The notes under the pieces are model-generated. The model saw only the letters and a list, made by a program, of their open reading frames with translations, was not told the DNA's origin and did no database searches. 14,057 nucleotides of DNA from Thermodesulfovibrionales bacterium (GTDB lineage: Bacteria > Nitrospirota > Thermodesulfovibrionia > Thermodesulfovibrionales > UBA6898), in contig JBIOIY010000067.1 of the NCBI GenBank assembly GCA_044450345.1, forward strand, positions 1 through 14,057. Reading direction: 5' to 3'. Of the stretch, positions 1 through 8,100 are shown one piece after another. How positions within the stretch are numbered: position 1 is the first letter of the stretch; each line of letters starts with the position of its first letter. The translations under genes were made by a program, and so were the position numbers.

Positions 1-437
1 GCAGCTGAAGAGACACTCACAATCGCATTAAACTTTCCAACGGTCTTGCCCCTCTGCTCCTTTATAGTAAGATCACCCAGCAAGGACGTGCTTACCGTCC
101 CTACAATACCGTTTGTGACCCCCAATACGGCCTGCAGAAGGTATAGCTGATATTGTTCCTTGATGACCGTATAGAGGAAAATCACCGTTGCATCTACAAA
201 TGCGGTTGTGATAAGAAAGGGTTTCCTCCCTAAACGATCGGAGTAGCCTCCGACAACGTAGGTAGTGGCCGCCTGGAGTAGCACCATTATACTGAAGGCC
301 AAACCGAGTTTTTCCACCCCGCCGCTGAGCTTCGCGACCTGAAGCACATAAAAGGGGCCGATGAATCCCATGACAACTGCCCAGATGGAGCTCACACTCG
401 TGAATATGCGGAGATTCCTTTCATCCGTCGTGATCAA
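1..437 (-). CDS. MFS transporter, N-terminal part (runs off the left edge of the window)
   Basis: Not in the ORF track; translated by hand from TTG at 437, which overlaps the radical SAM stop (TTGA): MITTDERNLRIFTSVSSIWAVVMGFIGPFYVLQV...VVGGYSDRLGRKPFLI...LLGDLTIKEQRGKTVGKFNAIVSVSSA. Contains MFS motif A (GxxSDRxGRK), the D-x5-RG loop motif and several hydrophobic helices. No stop before the edge. Confidence 0.9.
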   Translation of the reverse strand, partial: MITTDERNLRIFTSVSSIWAVVMGFIGPFYVLQVAKLSGGVEKLGLAFSIMVLLQAATTYVVGGYSDRLGRKPFLITTAFVDATVIFLYTVIKEQYQLYLLQAVLGVTNGIVGTVSTSLLGDLTIKEQRGKTVGKFNAIVSVSSA

Positions 438-1735
438 TCGCCGGTCTCCGGCATGTATTTTATTTCCTGCATGACAAGGGTCTCAAGTGTTGCATCCAGA
501 TAAGGCTTTTTGCAATCGATCTCGTGAATGTTTCCGTCTCTCAGGACCTTCATAAACCTGCATCCCCCAAAGCAAAGAGGAAGGTATTCGCAGTCGAGGC
601 ACTGCCCGTTCTTCCAGACATCAAGGGCATGAGATTCATGGATTTCGGATAAACCTTCTCTGAGGTTTCCTGCAGCAAACCCCTCCCACCCGATAAACCC
701 GGGGCATTTGTAGATCGTCCCGTCATAATTCACCACGACATCATTCGTCAGCCCTATCATACAAGGGGAGGGGAGGATTTTAGGGGTCTTGAAACCCCGC
801 TTAAGGATCTCCTCTCTAAGGAAAAGGGTGGCCCTGAATATCCAGGGCTCATTAATCGATTCGCTGCCGTCCCTGAATTCCGGAAGTGCAAACCTCCCGC
901 CCGGCTTTACGACAGGATCAAATTTGACGATAAGAAACTTCTCCGGCGAAAGACCCTCTGCGATGAGATAATCAAGGAGTTCGGGAACCCTCGCGTAGTT
1001 CGCCTCGGTATAGTTGCCGCCGATCTGGATGCTCAGGATATCATACACCTCTGTAATGTTCTTTACGATCGTTTCGAAGGTCCCGCCCCCGGATTTGAAG
1101 GGCCGGAAGGCATTATGGTTGTCCTTCGGGCCATCGAGCGTTATCTTTGCGCTCTTCATTCCCAGACCGGCAAGCTCCTCTGCCTTTGCCTTCGATAGCA
1201 GGGTCCCGTTTGTCACGAGATTGAAGGAGTACGTAAGTCCCCTACCTTCAGATAATGATTTCAGCCTCTCAGAGATCTTCCTGATATCATCAAAGCTTAA
1301 GAGGGGCTCTCCGCCGTAGAAATCGATATGAACGTCTTTGCCCTGGGAAATGGCATGTTTTTTCAGGAAATCTGCCAGAAGCCCCCGGGTCTCGGCGGAC
1401 ATATAGCGCTTCCCTTTCATATTTCCTTCATAGCAATAGGTGCAGCGCAGGTTACAGTCGAGGTTCATAACTACTATGGCATTGAATCTTCCCGCACGTT
1501 TGTTGATATCATCGATAAGACCGAGCATTTCCTTTTTTTCTTCATCCCTGGCAGGAACCAAAAACCCGAGCTCCAAAAGAATCTTCTGATCGGATGCCTC
1601 CAGTTCTCCCTTTTCTATTTGCTCTAGAGCAGTCTTAGGCAGGAGAATCGTTGATGCCCGCTTGGTGGAATAAAGAAGCAGGTAGTCGGGATCACCTTCA
1701 TAAGTATACGTCTTAATATATCTGGATAATTGCAT
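434..1735 (-). CDS. gptM: Radical SAM/SPASM peptide maturase, geopeptide-maturase-like
   Basis: CxxxCxxC (CNLRCTYC), FYGGEPLL, VTNGTLL, ITLDG and a C-terminal SPASM cysteine pattern (CMIG...GTIYKC...CLDCEYLPLCFGGC...C). Start moved to ATG 1735 (MQLSRYIKTY) because the upstream in-frame codons run through a terminator hairpin. The subfamily and symbol are from recollection of Geobacter-type maturases and are less certain than the rSAM/SPASM call. Confidence 0.85.
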   Translation of the reverse strand: MQLSRYIKTYTYEGDPDYLLLYSTKRASTILLPKTALEQIEKGELEASDQKILLELGFLVPARDEEKKEMLGLIDDINKRAGRFNAIVVMNLDCNLRCTYCYEGNMKGKRYMSAETRGLLADFLKKHAISQGKDVHIDFYGGEPLLSFDDIRKISERLKSLSEGRGLTYSFNLVTNGTLLSKAKAEELAGLGMKSAKITLDGPKDNHNAFRPFKSGGGTFETIVKNITEVYDILSIQIGGNYTEANYARVPELLDYLIAEGLSPEKFLIVKFDPVVKPGGRFALPEFRDGSESINEPWIFRATLFLREEILKRGFKTPKILPSPCMIGLTNDVVVNYDGTIYKCPGFIGWEGFAAGNLREGLSEIHESHALDVWKNGQCLDCEYLPLCFGGCRFMKVLRDGNIHEIDCKKPYLDATLETLVMQEIKYMPETGD

Positions 1736-1741
1736 AGCTTG

Positions 1742-1769
1742 AAAAAAGAGAGGGGGAGTTGGCTCCCCC
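1742..1769 (-). terminator. Intrinsic terminator or attenuator between precursor peptide and maturase
   Basis: Minus strand reads GGGGGAG-CCAA-CTCCCCC then TCTCTTTTTT, about 26 nt after the peptide stop. Confidence 0.8.
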
Positions 1770-1795
1770 GTAAAGTAAGTTTGCAATCGGGCCCA

Positions 1796-1894
1796 TTAAG
1801 ATCTGAACGGCACGAAGGACAGGTAGCAGCAGACACCTGTCGGACCAGCCGACTCGTTCACCCCTTTGCTAAGGACGACTATCGCCTTTTTCAT
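1796..1894 (-). CDS. Putative RiPP precursor peptide (32 aa, Cys-Cys), geopeptide-like
   Basis: AGGAGG-AAGAG-ATG start; MKKAIVVLSKGVNESAGPTGVCCYLSFVPFRS*. Lies directly upstream of the SPASM enzyme and is followed by a terminator. Too short for the ORF track. Confidence 0.85.
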   Translation of the reverse strand: MKKAIVVLSKGVNESAGPTGVCCYLSFVPFRS

Positions 1895-1964
1895 CTCTTC
1901 CTCCTATCAAATGAGTTGGGTATACCTCCAATGGAGGTCCTATCGTTCTATCAAACAAATATTT

Positions 1965-3845
1965 CTATATCTTAAGCCGCAGGCCAGCCTCGACCCATCT
2001 TCTGGGGTTCCTGAAGGCATCAACCAAATATTGAGAGCCGTTAAAGATATTGTGGGCGGTAAAGAAGACCTCCGCGTTTCTTTTACCAAAGGAAAGGACC
2101 TTTTTTGTGAGACTGAAATCCCATATCATGGAGTTATATTCGCCGCTTGTTGACGAGTCCGCGTTCCACCAGATATAATGGCCCTTAAGCAAGGCCCTAA
2201 GAGATTTGTTGTCATTGTAATGAACCCCCACATCAAAGGTATACCGCGGAATATTCTGCACTTCTTCCCCGGTGTCTCTATCAGTGGCATCGGTAAAGGC
2301 AACACCCGCAGAAAGGGAGATGTTATAGACCGGGACGGTTTTCAGCTCGAACTCGAATCCCTGTCTCCTCTGCTTTCCCTGGTTGACAGCCGTAAATGTC
2401 CCGTCACTCAAGGTCTCATTGAAAAGTGCATCAGTAATTTCATGCCTGAACGCTGTAGCCTTCAACCAGAGGTATTTAAGACCAGTTGACTCGATGCCTG
2501 CCTGCACAGACCATACCTTCTCCATCTTTAGATCCGGGTTTGGCACAGAGAAGGTACCCGTGCCGAAGGTCGCTCCAAGCGGGGGGGTACTGAAACCTCT
2601 TGCCCCAATAGCCCTCAGCATGGTCTTTTCACCCAGGTTATAAGTCACTCCCAGGCTTGGGCTCACGAAGCTGCCGTTGGTGCTCGTATGATCATACCTG
2701 ATGCCTGGAGTGAAGGCAAACTTGGCTGCTGTCATCGTGTCATTCACAAATACCGCCCACTTGCCAAGACTCTGTTTTCCGCCGGTGATATTATTTGACA
2801 CTAGCTCCCCGTAGTCATAGTCAAAGCCCGAGACCACATCATGAATGCTGTTTTTCCATGTGAACTTGAGGCTCCCCCCGCTGCTCTTATCGTCAATGTT
2901 GCTGGCCGATAGGATTTCCCCGGTGCTGAAGCTATTATTGATATGTTCCGCACGCTGACGCGAGGTCCTCAAGGACGCATTAAGGTCTGCGGTATCGGTC
3001 AACGAATAATTGAACGATAGTGTAGAGAAAAGATACTCGAAGTCATTGCCGAAGGATATATCAAAGTCGGGAAACTCCCCCTCTCCCCTTGACCCTTTGT
3101 TATAGCCAAAGGTAAACGTGACGTTGGCTTTTGACAAGACATCCCATCTTAATTTCGAATAAAGATTGTTCTCATAAAAAGAGGTGTTGGGTCTTAATCC
3201 GTTTGAAACAAGATTTCCGCCATACAGGTAATAGGAAAGACTCTCCACCTGACCGGAAACCTCAGCCCTGTAATCCCCCGTGTTCCTCTCTCCGTAAGAA
3301 GCGGAGAGCATTCCTCCCGCTTTCCGTGATCCATCGCCACCCTTTGTTATGATGTGAATTATTCCGCCCAGCGACGAACCCCACGTGGAGGAGGCCGGCC
3401 CCTTGATTATCTCAATCCTATCGATAATCTGGGCAGGAACAGCACCAATGTCGGCGAAGCTGTCGGAGAGGTTATTGAGTGTTACGTCATCGATAATCAC
3501 GATTGCGTGCCTGAATTCCGAGCCCTGTATCCGGACGGTATCAGCGCTTCCGGGGCCGCCCCGAGAGTCTACCTGAACCCCGGTTATGGTTAAAAGGACA
3601 TCGGCCAGCGTATGCGCGTTCATCTCCTCTATGTCTGCGGCCGTGATTACGGTCATGTTCTCGGCGACGTGGGAAATTGACTTAGGATGCCTCGTGGGAG
3701 TTACGACGAGGTCTTTGTCTTCGTAGAACATCTGGAGCGTATTGATTTCATCTTCAGGCTGTGCCCAGGCATCAGAGATAAATGAAACAGAAAAGGCGAA
3801 AAGACAGAGGGCCATTATTTTTTTTATTAATTGGTCACTGTTCAT
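1965..3845 (-). CDS. TonB-dependent outer membrane receptor
   Basis: Signal peptide, VVTPTR TonB-box region, plug motifs (TVITAADIE; IDRIEIIKGPASSTWGSSLGGIIHIITK), barrel motifs (NPDLKMEK, HNIFN) and an alternating C-terminal beta strand; 626 aa. Confidence 0.95.
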   Translation of the reverse strand: MNSDQLIKKIMALCLFAFSVSFISDAWAQPEDEINTLQMFYEDKDLVVTPTRHPKSISHVAENMTVITAADIEEMNAHTLADVLLTITGVQVDSRGGPGSADTVRIQGSEFRHAIVIIDDVTLNNLSDSFADIGAVPAQIIDRIEIIKGPASSTWGSSLGGIIHIITKGGDGSRKAGGMLSASYGERNTGDYRAEVSGQVESLSYYLYGGNLVSNGLRPNTSFYENNLYSKLRWDVLSKANVTFTFGYNKGSRGEGEFPDFDISFGNDFEYLFSTLSFNYSLTDTADLNASLRTSRQRAEHINNSFSTGEILSASNIDDKSSGGSLKFTWKNSIHDVVSGFDYDYGELVSNNITGGKQSLGKWAVFVNDTMTAAKFAFTPGIRYDHTSTNGSFVSPSLGVTYNLGEKTMLRAIGARGFSTPPLGATFGTGTFSVPNPDLKMEKVWSVQAGIESTGLKYLWLKATAFRHEITDALFNETLSDGTFTAVNQGKQRRQGFEFELKTVPVYNISLSAGVAFTDATDRDTGEEVQNIPRYTFDVGVHYNDNKSLRALLKGHYIWWNADSSTSGEYNSMIWDFSLTKKVLSFGKRNAEVFFTAHNIFNGSQYLVDAFRNPRRWVEAGLRLKI

Positions 3846-3928
3846 AAAATTTGCTATAGTGTATTCAGTTGCTTATAAGTTTATAGCGTTTAAGCTAACT
3901 ATATAAGAAATAGTACCGCTTGTCTACA

Positions 3929-4840
3929 ATGGGGAAAATTGATTTGCAAAAGTATTTCACACTTATATTGCTTTTCTTCCTTACCTTCGCACACGCCTAT
4001 GCGGGCCAAAAGAGCGTTCTCATCGTCCAAAGCGCAAACCTAGGGCCTTACAACGAGGCGGTAGAAGGCTTCAAGAGCAGCTGTCAGTGCGCTTCAAAGG
4101 AGTTGGTTCTTTCAGATGCCGTAGGACTAAACATATACAGGGAAATCCGTTACATCCAACCCGATGTCATTCTCGCCGTGGGGATCAATGCGCTTCTTAG
4201 GCTTAAAGCAATCAAAGATGTTCCCATCGTTTATGCAATGGTGTTCAACCCGGAGTCTATGCAATTAGCGGGTGCCAACATTACGGGTGTCAGCATGAAT
4301 ATAGCGCCTGAAAAGCAGTTATCTCTGCTCCAGGAGGCCTTCCCCGGCCTCCACAAGGTAGGTCTTCTCTATAACCCCCTCAAATCCGGAGGTTTCGTCA
4401 AAAAAGCACTCGCTTCATCGAGGGACATGTCGATAAAGATCATCGTAAAGGAAATCCATCATCCCAAGGATGTTCCTCTGAAAATTAACAGTCTCAAGGA
4501 CAAAATAGACGTATTCTGGATGATAGCCGACTCAACGGTTTTCTCACCCGAAACCGTAGAATATCTCTTCCTCTTTTCCTTTGAGAACAAGATACCTGTC
4601 TTGACCTTTTCGGAGAAATACCTGCCAATGGGCGCGGTAATGTCTGCAATTATAGATGCAAGGGACATCGGGAGGCAGGCCGGAGAAATGGTAGCGAAGA
4701 TCCTGTCGGGAGCCAATGTTGCGGATATCCCAAGTGTTGATGCGCGGAAAGCCAACGTCACGATAAATCTGATAACGGCAAAAAAAATAGGGAGACCCAT
4801 CAGCAACGAGACCCTTCTCCGGGGGAGGGCAATCAACTGA
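3929..4840 (+). CDS. ABC-type substrate-binding protein (ABC_sub_bind-like)
   Basis: Signal peptide, PDVILAVG, NITGVS, KVGLLYNP, DIGRQAGEMVAKILSG and TINLITAKKIG match this family. Start may be ATG 3929 or TTG 3920. No permease or ATPase in the window. Confidence 0.9.
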   Translation: MGKIDLQKYFTLILLFFLTFAHAYAGQKSVLIVQSANLGPYNEAVEGFKSSCQCASKELVLSDAVGLNIYREIRYIQPDVILAVGINALLRLKAIKDVPIVYAMVFNPESMQLAGANITGVSMNIAPEKQLSLLQEAFPGLHKVGLLYNPLKSGGFVKKALASSRDMSIKIIVKEIHHPKDVPLKINSLKDKIDVFWMIADSTVFSPETVEYLFLFSFENKIPVLTFSEKYLPMGAVMSAIIDARDIGRQAGEMVAKILSGANVADIPSVDARKANVTINLITAKKIGRPISNETLLRGRAIN

Positions 4841-4841
4841 G

Positions 4842-4916
4842 ATGAAAGAGAAATTAATCGGCGCTTTGAGAAAAACAGGCCAGAGCTTCAGTACAAAGGT
4901 GGTTTCACTTTTGTAG
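4842..4916 (+). pseudogene. 5' stub of a truncated gene, possibly a membrane sensor kinase
   Basis: ATG 1 nt after the SBP stop (TGAgATG); MKEKLIGALRKTGQSFSTKVVSLL* stops just as a hydrophobic segment begins. The product identity is inferred from context only. Confidence 0.45.
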
Positions 4917-4925
4917 TACGCGTTG

Positions 4926-4959
4926 ATTTCAGGAGAGGGCTTTCTTCTCCGGATGAAAT
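4926..4959. terminator. Imperfect hairpin between converging transcription units
   Basis: ATTTCA-GGAGAGG-GCTTT-CTTCTCC-GGA-TGAAAT; no clean U-tract on either side. Confidence 0.35.
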
Positions 4960-5170
4960 TGTCGCCTCAATTGACAGCCTTGCGTGTGTGCAGTATAGGA
5001 GAAATAAACGCCCCTTACAAATTCTTGAATGCGTTTGTTAGGAAGAAAGTAACAGTTAGCCAAACACTAAACTCGCGCGGAAGATGCGTTGAGAAAGTTA
5101 GTGATCAAAAAAGATATTTTTTAGTACTGCAGACATCCCCTAAAAACACACTATGTTGGCGTCGTAACAG

Positions 5171-8100
5171 TCATTCGTCTTTAAAAAGTTTTGCGAACTT
5201 TTTCTGTGCCTGCGCCACCCGCCTTGATGGCTGGGGTTGAGGCAATGGCGACGAAGATGGAAGGTAGGTTGCGCTGTAAACCGGGTGGCCAGTTCCAACG
5301 GGGACCATATTCCCTGTAAGAATGTTTTCCTTTGTGCCGGACAGGGGATCGAGCCGCTTTCGCAGGGCCGCTTCGGCAAGAATTAGCGTTGTGTTCTGGA
5401 AAGAAGCAGCCGACAGCCAGCTGTCGGATAAAAGGGCGGCATCAGTAAGGCTAACGATAAGGGGCTTCGCAACGGCACGTTTGCCTTTCGTACGATCGTT
5501 TTCCTCGGCAAACATCCACTTTGACACGATCTCATCGACCACAAAGTCGGTGTCCCCGGGATCTACTATAAGGACCTTCGCAAGCATCTTTCTAAGTATA
5601 ATCTCCAGATGCTTGTCATTAAGCTCAACGCCCTGGCTCCGGTATACCTTCTGTACCTCATCGATGACGTGAAGGGCGACTTTTTTAGCCCCGAGAATCC
5701 TTAAAACGTCCAATATGTCGAGAGGGCCTTCGGCGAGAATATCTCCTTTTCTCACAACATCGCCGCTAAATATGTTGAGCTGTCTATATATGGAGACATC
5801 GCAGCGCCATCGGTCATTGTCGTTGATGATCTCAACGCCGAGCATTTTTCCCCGTGGCGGATAAATGGTTACCTGCCCGTCGATTTCCGCAATGACCGCC
5901 GTGTTCTGCATTTCCCTGATCTCGATCACCTGCAGAACGCGCTTTAGCCCGCCGGTGATGTCGGCGTTCTTTTCCGCCGCCTTTGGAACGTACGCAAGGA
6001 CATCGCCAGGGCTGACGTTCTGTCCTTCTTTGACAAGTACAATGGCCCCAATGGGAAGGTAATATTGTTTTTCCCCTATACTCACTTGCGGTACCGTGTG
6101 TTCAAATATCGCACTGACGATCGTTAGCGTTATGCCCGTTTTTGAGTCCATATTTCGTGTAATGGTTTTCCCGTCGGAGCAGCCGTTAAGTTTGGCAACG
6201 CCGCCGGCTGTCGCCACGAGTGGCAGATTGAATGGGTCCCAGTGGGCAAGCTTCTGACCGGGTTCGATGATATCCCATTCTTCCACAGTAAGGGTTGCAC
6301 CATAAGGTACGGACCCCGCGTCAGTCTCAGAGCCGTGTCTTGAAATAGATATACGCCCGTTTCGCCCAACCACAACAAGCCCCGCGTCTCCTCTGACAGC
6401 CAGGATATCCTTAAAAGTCACTGCCCCCTGCGACTTCGCGAAAAGGTCGGCCTTTGCCCCGGAGCCGGCCGCGCTGCCGCCTTCATGGAAGGTTCTCAGG
6501 GTAAGTTGCGTCCCCGGCTCGCCCACTGATTGTCCTGCTATGATCCCAACCGCATCACCTATTATCGGCAGAGCCCTCGTCGCAAGGTCGTGGCCATAAC
6601 ATAGGGCGCAAATTCCGGGCCTTTGAGCGCACGTAATAGGCGAGCGCACGGCCACCTCGCTGAAACCGGCTTCCTCGATTTTGGCCGCTATCTCCTTAGT
6701 CACTATATCGTTTCTGTGAGCCAGGACCTCGCCTGATACGGACTCACGCATTTCTTCGGCCAGCACTCTTCCTATAATGCGGTCTTTGAGTGGGATAACG
6801 AGATCGTCGCCATCGTAGAGCGCACTCAGGGGAAACCCGTCGGTGCAGCCGCAGTCATAGGCATTTACAATTACGTCATGGGCGCAATCCACAAGCCTGC
6901 GGGTAAAGTGTCCGGCGGTTTTGGTCTTCAGTGCCCCGTCCGCCCGGCCCTTTCGTGCGCCGTGGCACGAAAGCAGATACTCATGATAAGTGAGACCTTC
7001 TTTGAAATTTGACTTAATGGGGATCTCCACAAGCTCGCCATTGGGTTTAGCCATGAGGCCCCTCATGCCGGCCAGCTGGCGTATCTGCTCCCGGGAGCCC
7101 CTGGCACCGGAGTCGGCCATCATGAAGACCGAGTTGAATTCCTTCATATCGGTCCGCTCGGCCTCACTCAGGCCTTCGTGGTCGGCCACGCCGAGGCTTG
7201 CCATCACTTTGTCGGCGATCGCTTCCGATGCTTTCTTCCAAAGGTCAACAATCCTGTTGTGCTTTCCTTCCTCGTTGAGCAGTCCATTTGCAAACTCATC
7301 TAATACATCCTTTACCTGGGCTTCCGTCTCCGCTATGATCGCCTGTTTCTCAATTGGGATAGTGACGTCGCTTATAGAAAGAGAAATACCCGACAATGTG
7401 GCAAACTTAAATCCGATCTCTTTAATCTTGTCGAGGAATATCACGGTTGCCCCTTGGCCAGCCTGCTCATAGCACATCTCTAAGAGCTTGCCCAAATCCT
7501 TTTTCTTTAGCGTCTTGTTGACAGACGAGAAGGGTAGTGCGGGCGGAATAATCTCACTGAATATCACGCGGCCCGGGGTCGTATCAACGAGTTGCCCGTC
7601 GATTCTCACCTTTACCTTGGAATGCAGGTCGAGCAACTTTTGGTCATATGCCATGATCACGTCGTCTTTATCGGCAAATAATTTACCTTCTCCTGGGCAG
7701 CCACCTCGGTCTTTGGTAAGGTAGTAGACCCCGAGCACAATGTCCTGAGTCGGTGCTACACTGATTTTTCCACTGGCGGGCGACAGGATGTTATTGATTG
7801 ACATCATGAGTATGCGTGCCTCCACCTGAGCTTCAACCGTCACCGGCAAATGTACGCCCATCTGGTCGCCGTCGAAGTCCGCGTTGAAGGCCGAACACAC
7901 CAGAGGATGAAGACGTATCGCCCTCTCTTTGTGAAGAACCGGAGTGAATGCCTGTATCGACATACGATGCAGCGAAGGGGCACGGTTTAAAAGCACCGTC
8001 TTTTCACTGAGTACGTCCTCCAGGGCTTCGACCGATGCGGCTGTACGCTTCTCCACCATTATACGGGCATGCGCAAGCGACGAGGCGTAGCCCATCTTCC

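Noticed and set aside
1736..1786. Longer N-terminus of the radical SAM ORF (TTG start at 1786)
   Set aside because: It runs through the terminator hairpin and U-tract; ATG 1735 gives a more typical start.
4912..4935. TGT start of a Tn7-like or Mu-like transposon end
   Set aside because: No repeated transposase-binding sites follow and no transposase is in the window.
4923..5240. 105-aa plus-strand ORF at the junction
   Set aside because: TTG start without RBS, overlaps the rpoC 3' end, and does not look like a continuation of the 4842 stub.
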